Shown: piece by piece, positions 1-12,056 of the stretch
Layout of the letters: every line of letters begins with the position of its first letter
Position numbering within the stretch: the stretch's first letter is position 1
DNA from: Mantamonas sphyraenae STR306
Taxonomy: Eukaryota > Protista > CRuMs
Reading direction: 5' to 3'
DNA length: 64,000 bases
NCBI GenBank assembly: GCA_026936335.1
Contig: JAPMXV010000036.1
Coordinates: 1 to 64,000 of the forward strand
Notes under the pieces: model-generated
What the model was told of the DNA's origin: nothing
Database searches by the model: none
The model's input: the letters and a program-made list of their open reading frames with translations, nothing else
Program-made: the position numbers and the translations under genes

Positions 1-243
1 CCTAACCCTAACCCTAACCTAACCCTAACCCTAACCCTAACCCTAACCCTAACCCTAACCCTAACCCTAACCCTAACCCTAACCCTAACCCTAACCCTAA
101 CCCTAACCCTAACCCTAACCCTAACCCTAACCCTAACCCTAACCCTAACCCTAACCCTAACCCTAACCCTAACCCTAACCCTAACCCTAACCCTAACCCT
201 AACTCTAACCCTAACCCTAACTCTAACCCTAACCCTAACCCTA
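1..243. repeat. Telomeric repeat array (CCCTAA)n / (TTAGGG)n, chromosome left end
   Basis: About 40 tandem CCCTAA units from base 1, with two CTCTAA variants at 203-208 and 221-226 near the proximal end. Confidence 0.99.
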
Positions 244-508
244 TTCGTGTTCTATCGTTGATATGATGAGTCCGGTCTAGGTCAAGTGAGTTGTGCTTGT
301 GTCTGGTGGCGGGTGGCTGAGTTGGGTGGTGACATGGTGCAGTGGGCAATGGGTGGGAGTAGAATTGTCGCTGGTGAGTGGCCGTCGTCCTGCAACGCCG
401 CGCAGTCAGCACTGCCCATCCGCCTTCAACCAAAGTATCACCAACACCCACCACACCCTTCACCTGTCCAACACAATCCACATACACTCCAGTTCCACCA
501 CCACCATC

Positions 509-3500
509 ATGGACAACGACTACTCAAGCACTCCGAAGCAACAACACACACCCAACACCTACCCAGCGTGCGTTCTGCCTTCCACTCCGTTTTCTGACTG
601 CCCGCTTCTCCCGCTTGCTTGCCTCCTCCATGCCTCCGTCGCTTCCCTGCACTCCTACCCTGCATCTCCACTTCCCCAGCACCACCGCTGCTGCCTTCAC
701 CGCTCTTCTCCGATCCCCTCTCTCCTGTCACTGCCCTCGTCGTTGCCAGTTTCCCCGTCTGCCGATCTCGTCCGTTTTCCCTCTTTGCTCGTTCCAGCCT
801 CCCGTTCACCCCCGCTCCTGCTCTGACGGCGTCCATTCCGCCTTCAGCTCACCGTTACCACACCGCCCTGCCTCTCCATGTCTCCTCACAGCTACGCGCA
901 CATGGTTCCTCCCATGGCTGCCCAGCCGTTTCCGAATACGCTCCCCGTCTCTGGCGTACAAAACCCGTACCAGCACCCACAACCACCCATCATCTGGGTC
1001 CCCGTCAACACCCATCCCCAGCAGCACCATGCATATGCTCATCAGGGTCACCCATACTACCCCTACCCTCCTCCGCCGCCTCCTCAGCCGCGACAAACCG
1101 CCCAGATGCACTTCGCTCAGACTCCGTCGTACCCTCCGCCTGCTCAACCCACCACAAACCACAACCGCGTCCCCAAACGCATCAGCCCTGCCTTTGTCGG
1201 CATCACACGCACCACATCCACCACCACATCGTCGTCCTCCTCCCACCAGACCACACGGCAAACTGGAGACAGCGACGACGACGACACAGACCAGGACACA
1301 CACATACTTGACACCGGCGACGTGGAGGACCTGATGTTCCTGAACTTCGGCCACCGTAAACCACGGTCAGTCACCAGCAACACAGAGTGGATGACCAGCT
1401 CAGGGATGGAGGCGTATGATGAAGAAGGCGAGGCACTCGACGCAACCCAGCAGCATGTGGATGACGGGATGGCAATGCAGGGTACTTTCAGCATGGCAGA
1501 CACTGGTGATGCCATGGATGAGGAGTACATGCCGCAAGATGACAGCGACGACGACGCAGACGACATGCAGCAGGAGGACACGGACGAATGGCAGCCGAGC
1601 CGCACAAGAAGAGGCCAAGCCCGGCGTCGCAGAGTCCACAGCAGCCGACAGACTGTTCCACAAAAGATGAAAGGCAGCGGACAGCGCAGGCGCAGTGTCA
1701 CGGCTGGCAGTGGCACAGAGACAGGAACGTCGAGCACACGGGCAAGGTGGGCCAAGAACGGAGACACCGGTTCACGGAAGAATGCAGGCGCGAACAAGAC
1801 GAACAATTTGCCAGGTGGTGTTGTGCGGAAAGGGTGGACAAAGGGAGTCAGTGACGAGGGCAGCCGCAGCAACAAGGAGGAGCACACGGCACTGCTGAAC
1901 CACATGCACACTCTGGCCAATGAGCATCCCATCGACAACATCCCCGACCTCATGACCCTGCAGGCGCGTGTTGTGGTCTGCCATGGCACCCTGCTGACGC
2001 TTGTCCGACAGATCCTGCTGGCTCTGGGCAACATTCCCCTCTCTCAGGGCGACATGGCCCTCTGCCTCACCCTCCTCGGTCACGACATTGATCAACAGGA
2101 ATGCAGCCATGCCATTATCAAGGCTGGACTGGCCGTGGGTGTGACAAAGGCTGGGTTGAAGGTGTGCTGGCTGGAGGAGCCACACGACTACGGCAACCCC
2201 AACTACGCCCTCCTCCACCTGATCATGACAGAGATGGACACTCTCGGCGACAGGCCCCATCCCACCACCTGGAAGGAGCACAAGCAGACCCAGGTGTGGC
2301 TGCAGAAAGCACGACGCCCTGCTGACAACGACGGCGACCCACACTGGACGCAATGCGACTACGACCACCACCTCACCATCACCACGGTGGACAAGTGGCA
2401 TCCAGAGTCTGTGCGCAGAGGCTGGAGCAGTGCCTCTCCGAGCAACGAGCGTGGTAGCTGCACGGCGCGGGAGTTCCAAACGTTGCTGGCACACATGAAC
2501 GCACGCGCAGCCAGGCACCCTCGCCATCAGCACACATACGAGCACCAGGCACTGCGTGAGCTGATCAACACCGGCAGCCTGAAGTCCCTGCTGCGACACA
2601 TCATCCTGGCGCTGGGAAACGTTGGCGTGCCGCCTGTCGACCTGGCCTTCTTTGTCCGCCTCCTCAGGCCTCACCTTACATACCGGAAGGTACAACCGGC
2701 CATCAGCGCCATCCTCGCCCGCGGCGTCACCTCCCTCTCCCTCAAGATCGCCTGGCTCGACAACCCCAAACGCAGCGACGCGACACTGCACACCCTCCTC
2801 CACACCCTCATCGACCGCATCACACCCCACATCACCACCCGCCCCACCACTCCCGCACTTGTCAATTCCCTCGACATCCCCAAGCTTGTTCTCCCCGAGC
2901 CCACTGAGGAGGAGATGATGGCCGAGGAGGATGGACCGCCAGATGGCGTTGTGCGCAGTGGCTGGACAAAATGGCGCAAGAGCGAGCGCAGCCACAGCAA
3001 CAAGGAGGAGCACACGGCACTGCTGAACCACATGCACACTCTGGCCAACGAGCATCCCTTCGACGACATCCCCGACCTCATGACCCTGCAGGCGCGTGTT
3101 CTGGTCTGCCATGGCACCATGAGCTCGCTTGTCCGACAGATTCAGCTCGCTCTGGGCAACATTCCCCTCTCCCAGGGCGACATGGCACTCTTCCTCACCC
3201 TTCTTGGCCGGAACATGGATCAACACGCGTGCAGTGCTGCCATCAAAGACGCTGGTCTGGCCACGGGTGTGACAGAGGCTGGGTTGAAGGTATGCTGGCT
3301 GGAGGAGCCACACGACCACGGTGACCCCAACTACGCCCTCCTCCACCTGCTCATGACAGAGATGGACACTTTCGGCAACAGGTCCCATCCCAGCACCTGG
3401 AAGGAACACGAGCAGACCCAACTGTGGCTGCAGAAAGCACGACGCCCTGCTGACAACGACAGCGACCCACACTGGACGCAATGCGACTACGACCACCACC

Positions 3501-4132
3501 TCACCACCACCACGGTGGACAAGTGGCATCCTGAGTCTGTGCGCAGTGGCTGGAGCAAGACCGCAGACGAGCGTGGCAGCTGCACGGCGCGGGAGTTCCA
3601 GACGCTGCTGGCACACATGAAGGCACGCGCAGCCAAGCACCCTCGCCATCAGCACACAATCGAGCACCAGGCACTGCGTGAGCTGATCAACAACGGCAGC
3701 CTGATGTCCCTTCTGCGACACATCATCCTGGCGCTGGGCAATGTTGGCGTGCCGCCTGTCGACCTGGCCTTCTTCGTCCGCCTCCTCAGACCACGCCTCA
3801 CCTACCAGCATATCATCAATGCCATCAGCCACACCCTCACCCGTGGCATCACCTCCCTCTCCCTCAAAATCGCCTGGCTTGACAATCCCCAACCCAGCGA
3901 CGCCACACTGCACACCCTCCTGCACACCCTCATCGACCGCATCACACCCCACATCACCATCCGCCCCACCACCCCTGCACTCGTCAACGCGTACCCCATC
4001 CCCTCGGTCACCCTCCCCAAGCGCAAAGACCCTTCCTCCTCCTCCTCCTCCTCCTCCTCCTCCTCCTCCTCCTCCTCCTCCACCATCACCACCACCACCA
4101 CCACCAAACGACAGCGTGTGCAATATACATAG
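509..4132 (+). CDS. Telomere-adjacent orphan protein (~1099 aa): low-complexity N-terminus plus a tandemly duplicated ~375-aa domain; exons 509-567, 892-4132
   Basis: Long ORF 878-4132. An upstream exon (ATG 509) joins in frame via intron 568-891 (GTGCGT...GCTCAC...CACAG). The internal duplication has an offset of 1122-1128 nt. Basic NLS-like patches (RRGQARRRR, KRQR) and a poly-Ser tail are present. Confidence 0.8.
1817..4015 (+). repeat. Intragenic tandem duplication, 2 x ~1.1 kb (approx. 1817-2885 and 2945-4015)
   Basis: Long near-identical stretches, e.g. AACAAGGAGGAGCACACGGCACTGCTGAACCACATGCACACTCTGGCCAA at 1871 and 2999. Confidence 0.95.
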
Positions 4133-4242
4133 ACTTCACCATCCAACATTTCCCTGCGTGCACTGACCCGCGTGCTAGCCCGTGTGTCCCCACCCCACTC
4201 CGCCCCGCCCCGCCCCCACTCACCCAACCCAAATTCCCCACG

Positions 4243-7200
4243 ATGACCCGGCACTCGCTCCTGCACATCTTCATCATCGCTTACTGCCTACACGTTGCCT
4301 TTGCCCAGGAAACGATCTTTGAGGTCACTTCGAATCCCCAAACCTTCCAGTTCACCCTGGACCAAGCCACCACCTTGGACACGAACGGCTACACCCACAT
4401 GGTGGTCGGCCTCAGTCTTCCGCGTGACTCTGGCCTCAAAGCCGAGTTCAATTTCCTCAACGACAATTGGTAGGTGCTGCCCAGCCGACATGAGACATCC
4501 CGGACTCATTTTACGCGCCCCTTTTCGGACCCACCCTCCCTCCCGTGCTACCCAGCGCGCCACCCTGTTCCAGCACCCTCCACGCCCGCAATCGCCGCCC
4601 TTTCCTACCGCCTCCAATTTTCCCCACGTCTGCCCTCCATCCCGTGTGTCGCGACGTGTCGCCGAACAACACGCACACAATCCAATACTCACACCCCCCC
4701 TCCCCGCTCACCTTCTCCCCAGCTCTTCCTCGTTCTCGCACTACCTCTACGAGTCATGCTACCCCGGCGCCGTCACAGACATGAACAGCAACCGCCGTTG
4801 CACGTACCTCTCGACAACCAGCAGCAGCTCCACTTTCGCAGCTTCCTCGCTCCCGACATCCTGCCAAGGCTACTCCTGCAGTGCCACCCGTGGAGCAGTG
4901 CTCGTACGCCTGCGCTATTACAGCACTCAGGTGTGCTCCACATCCATGCAAGTCCGCTACTTCAATGTCTGTATGGCTGGTCGCGGCGAAGTCGTCAACG
5001 ACGAATGTCGCTGCTACCCCGGCTACTCTGGTCCGCGCTGCCAGTTTGGCGCCCCGACTGACCTGTCGTCTACGCTTGCCGTCGGTGGACCCGCACACAC
5101 GCAGACCAACGAGCTGGGCCCCATGCAGGCCACCGCCGTCACTCTGCGTCCTGGATTCGCCAACGGCCTGCCACTCTACGTCAACTACGCCTTTTCCTCC
5201 ACTCTCCCCGAAAATTGCCACATCACTCCGTTCAGATGGTGTGGCACGTACTACAACGACACCTCCACCTTCTGTGCCAATCGCTGGCGCACCACAAACT
5301 CCTACCTCACCGGCGAATCCTACTTCACAACCGACCGCTTTGACTCCTTGTGCTCTGGCTGCTCCATCTACTCGTCCTCCACCGCCTCCAACCCGTACCA
5401 AGACGTGCCCAACCTCCACTTTGACTTTTACATGTACAACGACAGCCCCGACAAGTCGTGCAACACCTCCTTCTCCCTCGCGCTAGCCCATCCCTGCAAC
5501 AACCATGGCCGCATGTACTCCAACGGCACCTCGTCGGTTTCTAGCAACGATGCGTACGCCTGCGAGTGTGACCCGGGCTTCACCGGCCTCCACTGCGATG
5601 TCCCGGCCACCTCCAACGTTCTCGACGGCAACACGCGTTCGTACACAGTCACAGAGGACAACTCGACCCTTGCCCTCGAGGCCATCACCGCTCCCGGTCG
5701 CTACACTTACACCATCCGGATTGCCCGCACAAAGAGCGACAACTGCCGCTCCACCGCCACTCTCTCTGTCAATCTCGGCTGCGACTCCAGTCCCTTCTTT
5801 TTCTCCGCCGACTCACAGTCCATTACGCCGACCGACTTTACACGCACCTACACCATGCCCATTGAGATCTCCTCTCTTTCCCGAACCGATCTGCGGGGCT
5901 GCAATATTCTCTACGAGACCTCGCAGATGCGCGAGAAGATCGAGCTTGCCTCCTCCCGATCCTCGTCCTCGCAGCCCATGGAGTGTACCTACGACATTTC
6001 TGTTTCGCGCAGGCCCAACTGCCCTGTCTGCATCCAAGGCTCCTGTGGTCCCACCGGCCTCTGCGTCTGCAACCCGGGCTACTCGGGCTACGACTGCTCC
6101 GTCACAAACTCCACCGTAACCCTGAGGGAGCTTGTCAACGACATCAACGGCCTCGACGTCCAAATCAACAAGAGTGAGATCATCCAATTCTGGGTCCAGG
6201 GCTCGCGCACAAACTCCCGCCTCGACGTCCTCATCTCACCGCAAAGTTCGTTCCAGTCCCTCAGGACTTCCCAAAGGACCGCTCAGTCTGTCGACACCTT
6301 CACATCATCCAGTCCGCCCCAGTACTCGGGCAACGCCGTCATCATGGCCAAGTGGGGCAGCCCGCCCACCGTCACTCCCGACAACAGGGTCCTCTTTGCT
6401 CCCAACACGTGGGTCCAGGACTACACTTGCTCCGACTGCGTTGGCCGCATCAGCGGACTCCTCATCGACAACACCACCCTCAAGATCGACCCCACCTCCA
6501 TGCCTGCTGGCAAGGACAACGAACGACTCTACGTTGCCGTCGGGATCACCGGCCGCTACGACACCGACCAGCCCTTGGCCCGCTTCTCTTCCCTTGACCA
6601 GCGCAACATCAACATCCGCATCCTCATCGCCGACCCCAACGAGCTCATCGCCCCAATCACCTTCCTCGTCATCATCTGCGTTTTTGCCGCCTACCTCCTC
6701 GTCGGCTCCTTTGCCTGCTGTGGAGGTCCCGTCAACCCTGTCGCCCACTACCGCGCCATCGAGCGTGCGTTCGATGCGGGCTTCCGCTTTGTCGAGTTTC
6801 GTATCCTCCGCGACATGCAGGTTTCCGGTGTCAACATGCACAACCTCGCCCTCGAGAAGGAGGCCCGCCAAGAAGCGTTGGCTGCCAAGAAGAAGCACAA
6901 CGCTGCAAAGGCAGGCGCTGCAGAGGTCGCAAAGGCCAGTGCCGGCGACGCCGTCGAGATGGACGACATCCGCGCCTCTGTCGGCGACGCCTCCTCCAGC
7001 TCCAAGTCGGTCAACGCGGATCCGTCCGACAAGCGCATCAACGTCGACTTTTCCACAGGCGTCTTTATCTTTCTGCTCAATCTCGTCACCCTCTTTGCGG
7101 GCGTCGTCAAGACCATTTTCAACGTCTCCTTGATGGCCACCTCCCTCAGCAAGTTTCTTCCCGCCTACAACTTTGAGTTTGCCTTTCCCGCGTTTTCCAT

Positions 7201-8269
7201 TGTCCTCGGCGACTTTGGCGACCTCGTGCGCGTTTTCCTCACCATTCTGCGTTCGCTGGACATCACCTTTGTGTCGACCGAGTGGAACTGCGGTGGATTC
7301 ACCACCCTCGTCGCCCCTTTCCTCCTCCTCCTCGGCGTTCTCTTTCTGCGAGTCATGCTCAAACGTGAGTTTCTCCTCCTGCTGTCCATGTACTTCAAGA
7401 GCCTCAAGAAGCGCCAGACTTCAGCCGGAGGCAAGGCCCTGGCCACTCTTGTGGCCAACCTGGCCACGGCCGCCGTGTTTTACATCTCGCAGGTCATCAT
7501 CGTCACCATCGGCGACCTGAGCCTGGGTCTCGCTGGCGGACGCAACTGCGGTCCCACCGACCTCTTTGCACGCCAGTTTGGCTTTGTTTTCATGCTCATC
7601 CTCCTCTCCCTCTTCATCTACTCCAACTGGGAGATGTTCACCGGAAACGACTGGCTCGTGCGCAAGGGCGTCGACACCGTCCTCTGCTCAAACGCGCCCT
7701 CGGACACAAGCGTAAACCAATCGGAAAACAACCTGTGCCGCGCCCTTGTGCAGCTCATTCCGCACGTCCTCGTCGTCAAGATCCTTTTCGGCGTCATCCG
7801 CCTCATCATGCTTGGCATCGGCTGGTGGAACAAGTACATGGTGCGCGCGTTCAACATCCTGCCGCGTTCTCACAAGTACGACGACGACAAGTGGGACGTC
7901 GATTCCCAGCAGGAGGCTGTCATTGCCAATGTCGGCCGCAGCAGCGCGCTCATCTTTATGATCGCCCCGGGGCCCACTCTCATTGCAGGCAAGTTTATCG
8001 AGGTGCTCAACAACCCGCCCCTTTTGGACACTGCCATCCTCTCCGAGCGCTCCATGAAGGAGGGTGAGGACGAGCTTTTCCCAGGCGACCGCATGCTCGA
8101 GCTCATCACCGACCGCAAGACACGCGCCGTCAAGTACTTCTCCAACATGCTCAACATGATCTTCACTGTCATCTTTGTGTTTGACTTTTCCCCGTCCAGC
8201 CTCGTTGTCGCTCTCTGTGCCCTCATCCCCATCTTTGTGGTCGACACAATCTCGGATCTCCGCGGCTGA
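4243..8269 (+). CDS. Signal-peptide, EGF-like-domain, multi-pass membrane protein (~1257 aa); exons 4243-4469, 4723-8269
   Basis: Signal peptide MTRHSLLHIFIIAYCLHVAFA. Intron 4470-4722 (GTAGGT...GCTCAC...CCCCAG) restores frame. Three EGF-like motifs (CRCYPGYSGPRC, CECDPGFTGLHC, CVCNPGYSGYDC) precede one TM, a loop and ~8 further hydrophobic segments. Confidence 0.85.
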
Positions 8270-8301
8270 TTTGCGTTTGCGGCACCCACAATGAACACTC
8301 C

Positions 8302-9802
8302 TCATCCTCCTGCAAACCCGCCACTTGCAAAGTACGGCCTCCAGTACAGGAATCCACCCACACTAAACGTTGCAAACACGACCATGACCGCCACCACGGC
8401 AAGAAGTGTCCTGCCTCGGTCCGGATTTTCCTGCGACCAGTCCAGGAACGGCGTGCCGTACACGTCGATGCGCTGATGTTTCAGCTCAAACAGACAGCAC
8501 ACAAAATCGGTCAGCAACTCCAAAGCAAGCTGCAGCGAAGCCGAGAGCACGATCGTTTCCACGTTCAGCGCCGGCCCGCCCCACGCCTCAGACACCACCG
8601 CGGAGAACAGAGGCGCAAGCACGATGCTCATCAGTTCTGCGCAGATCTCAAAGGTGATAATCTGCGGACGCAGCTGGAACAACAGTTGCTGCCGTTCCCA
8701 TGGCGACGAAACGTACTCGCGGTAGCTGGGCATCACCTGCGCCTCCTTGTACTGCTCGCCACTCTTGCAGCGCCTGCACGACAACGACATGGCCACACGC
8801 GTCACCAGCCAGTCGCGCTTCGTGTGCGTCAGCCGCATTCCGATCTCCAGAAGCGACACAAGGACACTGATCAGCGCTTGCGACGCCAGCGATCCGCTCG
8901 CAACAACCAACACCCTGCCCAGAAACGCAAGCATCAGGATTGGGATTGCGCAGTACACCCACAGCATTGCTTGGTCGTAGGGGATGCGCTGGAGCGAAAT
9001 CGTCGTCGCCGACGTCCGAAACATCAGAAAGCACCCTTCCAGCAGCATGGGCAGCAAAAACAGGCGCGATGCAAGCTGCTGGTTGAACCCAGCCACGAAA
9101 AAGTCCAGCAACACTGTCGTGTACAAAAATCGAAAGATGATTGCAGCCAAGAACGGCGCAAACACAATCCGCAGCGCCACCGAGAAGCGCAACCGCAGCG
9201 TCTTGGCAAACACTCCTGCCAGTCCCAATGCGCCCACAATCTGCATGCAAAAGTTGTACAGCGTGCCCATGTTGCCATCTCTTGCCTGCGTCGATTCGTT
9301 CAGCCCGCTCGCGTGGTACACGGCGATCGAAAACGCCGCCCACAGCAGCCCGAATCCCACCCCCCGTTTCACCAAACGCTTGTTGTCGTGAAACAGAAAA
9401 AGCGGCAACAAGTATTCACCGTGCACAATCGTCCAAATCCACGACGCAGACACATAGCGGTATCGCACGTGACAATCTGCCTTGAGCTCCGGCGACGCGG
9501 GCGCCTCGTCGTTTGCAATCGCGGCTGCAGAAACGCACATCACGTCAGCAGGCGCCCCCCCAACCCCGCCCCTCCCCGCTGCACAACCTACCACACTGAA
9601 TCGCAAAATAGTAGTGCCAACAGTACACAGCCACCATAGGCACAATCAAAATGGCTGTCATGACAAGCACCCGTCGCAAAAAGCGCGGGTATTCCCTGAG
9701 AATCTCCCCCAGCTCTGCATCCGACGACTGCACCACAGGCACGTCGTCACCAAGCACCTTGGTTTCATTTGGCGCCTCTTCCACATCCACACGCGTGCTC
9801 AT
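8302..9802 (-). CDS. Uncharacterised multi-pass membrane protein (~477 aa); exons 9802-9592, 9524-8302
   Basis: 447-aa ORF with ~9-10 hydrophobic segments. An upstream exon (MSTRVDVEE...YYFAIQC) joins in frame through 67-nt intron 9525-9591 (GTAGGT...GCTGAC...CTGCAG). Confidence 0.8.
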
Positions 9803-9840
9803 CTCTCGACCCGACACTCCTTGGCTTCGCCTGCGCCTCC

Positions 9841-11946
9841 CTATTCCACCACAGCCATCCTCCACGCCTCCAGCTCCTCCACGGATCCACTGCTCACATG
9901 GCCAACATCCCGCACCACCACGTCACCTGCTTCCAGCCCGACGCATACCACTCCTCCACCGACGCCCACGCTCCTGCCGGCCTCTCCCAACGAAACCGTA
10001 TCCACAGGCACCTGGTCGCTGCGCAGCACACTCCACACGCTGACCCATTCGCCTTCCAACACCACAAAGACCCCTGGCTTGTCTCGCACCCAGCCGATCC
10101 CACGCACCTCCTCTCCCCGCCAGGCGTTGAACATCGTCACCGGCCACTCCACCTCCTCGTCAAACAGACACACCTGCCCGCTCGTATACCCCACCAGAAA
10201 CATGCCCGGCATGTGTGGACACACACTCGCACACGTGGCTTCCCCTTCTTCCCCGGAACACGTGTACGCCAGCGGCGGCGCCGTGTCTCCAAAACACGCC
10301 CGCTTCACCACGCTCCCCATGTCTGTGCACACACTCACCAGGTTCCTGTCTCGCCCGCTCACACACACGTCCCGCACACCCATCAGACTGTCCACCATCA
10401 CCTCGACACGCGTGCTGTGCACCAGCCGCACGCGTCCTCCCACACGCAAGCCCAGATCCTGGCTCACATCTCCTTCTTGCCTGTCCATCAGCAGCCACAG
10501 GTTCACCACTCCTTCTTCGTCCAGACTCACAACCTGCTGCTCGCGTCCGTCCACCACTCGCACCTGCACAATCCCGGCCCGGTGCGCCTCCCCAAACACT
10601 GCGTCACTGCAGTACGTCGGCGACCGCACAACCACTCCTCCCTCCTCCCCATGCTCGGCCCCTGCCTCGCGCAGGTCGTACACAAGCACCCCTCCGCTTT
10701 CGCTCCCACACACCACCAGCCACGACGTCGCAAACGCCACACACCGAACTTCCACGTGTGTCCGCAGCACACCTTCCAGCCGCAGTGTCTTGAGATTCCA
10801 CACGCCGACTCCGCCTGTCTTGGTCCATCCTACGCCCATCTTGTTTCCCCCCGATCCGGCGTACACCGCCGCCATGCGCGTCTCTCCCTCATCCAGAGCC
10901 ACTGCGCTCACTGCGCCTGCCCCGAGCCCACCCAGCCGTTCTCCCTCTGCGTCTCCTGCCACGTCATCCTCCTCCCTACGACGCCTCCGCGCCGCTCGGT
11001 CTGCCAGCAACGTGTCCATCACCTCCCCTGCCCCCACAATAAACGCGTTCAGCCGGCCTGTGTCTTCAAACCCCACCTCGTCCCGCCGTTCCAGCAGCCG
11101 CCGTTTCGACGCTGCCCCAAAGCCCTCCTCCGGCATTTGTACGCTCTTGTTTGCATACACCACCTTTTCGCTCTGTGCCCCACGCTCCTCTGTCTCTACA
11201 CTCTGCACCGCAACCTGCGCGCTGTTCAGGCTCCCGTAGCTTTTCATGTACACCTCGTACTCCGTTTCTGGCGCCATGTCAAACATTTCAAACGCCACCG
11301 TGTCCAGCTCCAGCATGCTCAGCAGATCTTTTGCACGCTGCCGCTGCTTGTGCGAGATGGCTTCCGCCTCCCGTTTGTTCTTCACCTTGGGCGCCACGAA
11401 CCGCCGTTCCTTCACGAAATTGCTTTGCTGTTCGCGTGCCCGTGCCTCTGCCTCTGCCGCCTCTGCCCTCCGTGCCTGCGCGTTGGCCGCCTGCGAGCTA
11501 AGCCGTGCGTTCTCCGCCTGTGTGGCGATCAGCGCGTTCCGTGTTGCTTCGTCCAGCAACCCCATCCCTGCCCCTGCGCTCACGCCTCCCGCCGTCTCCT
11601 CCTCAAACGTCTCAAAGTCGTCTTCGTCGTACGTCTCAAAGTCGTCCTCCTCATAGTCTCCGTAGTCCTCCAGCTCCGCTTCCCGCCCGACTCCAGCCGT
11701 TTTCCCGCCCGAATCCCTCGTCCCCTTCCCCTGCTGCGCTCTCTCTCGTGCAGCCGCTTCCTCAGCCCGCCTCCTTGCCGCCGCCTCCTCCTTGGCCGCC
11801 TTTTGCCTTGCCGCTTCCTCCTCCGCCTTCTTCTTCGCCTTCTTTTTGGCCTTGCGCGCCGCCCGTTCTTCCGGCGTCTCGTTTGCACGCCGCTCAGCCT
11901 TCAGCCTCCGCTTCTCCTCCTTGCTCAGCTCTCTCTTTCCGCTCAT
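9841..11946 (-). CDS. DYNC2I1: Dynein-2 intermediate chain WDR60/FAP163 (~701 aa)
   Basis: Charged N-terminus, acidic YEEDDFE repeats, the WDR60-type segment RAKDLLSMLELDTVAFEMFDMAPETEYEVYMKSYGSLNSAQVAVQ, and C-terminal WD40 repeats. Confidence 0.85.
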   Translation of the reverse strand: MSGKRELSKEEKRRLKAERRANETPEERAARKAKKKAKKKAEEEAARQKAAKEEAAARRRAEEAAARERAQQGKGTRDSGGKTAGVGREAELEDYGDYEEDDFETYDEDDFETFEEETAGGVSAGAGMGLLDEATRNALIATQAENARLSSQAANAQARRAEAAEAEARAREQQSNFVKERRFVAPKVKNKREAEAISHKQRQRAKDLLSMLELDTVAFEMFDMAPETEYEVYMKSYGSLNSAQVAVQSVETEERGAQSEKVVYANKSVQMPEEGFGAASKRRLLERRDEVGFEDTGRLNAFIVGAGEVMDTLLADRAARRRRREEDDVAGDAEGERLGGLGAGAVSAVALDEGETRMAAVYAGSGGNKMGVGWTKTGGVGVWNLKTLRLEGVLRTHVEVRCVAFATSWLVVCGSESGGVLVYDLREAGAEHGEEGGVVVRSPTYCSDAVFGEAHRAGIVQVRVVDGREQQVVSLDEEGVVNLWLLMDRQEGDVSQDLGLRVGGRVRLVHSTRVEVMVDSLMGVRDVCVSGRDRNLVSVCTDMGSVVKRACFGDTAPPLAYTCSGEEGEATCASVCPHMPGMFLVGYTSGQVCLFDEEVEWPVTMFNAWRGEEVRGIGWVRDKPGVFVVLEGEWVSVWSVLRSDQVPVDTVSLGEAGRSVGVGGGVVCVGLEAGDVVVRDVGHVSSGSVEELEAWRMAVVE

Positions 11947-12056
11947 GCTGATCCCAAGTGTGTGATTCCTACGACGCCGGTCAGCAGCACAATTGTGGAT
12001 CGCTGTGCGCACGGTCCCGCCACGGCCGGCAATCCAAACCCAAACTCCACGCCAAC

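Noticed and set aside
14-487. 157-aa minus-strand ORF ending in (Gly-Leu)n
   Set aside because: It is a translation of telomeric TTAGGG repeats with a non-ATG start and no other coding evidence.
1772-4123. Long antisense ORFs (e.g. 1772-4123, 9769-12126, 24618-27440, 36467-38911, 43336-46524, 58572-60968)
   Set aside because: They are shadows of real genes: high GC and biased third positions deplete stops on the opposite strand, and the products have no recognisable motifs.
509-4132. Telomere-targeting retrotransposon or helicase (SART/TRAS, Y'-like) identity for the first gene
   Set aside because: No RT, endonuclease, zinc-knuckle or helicase motifs, no poly(A) tail, and the gene has an intron.
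11947-12056. RFX X-box in the WDR60/BBS5 divergent spacer
   Set aside because: No GTTGCC-N-GGCAAC-like palindrome is visible there.
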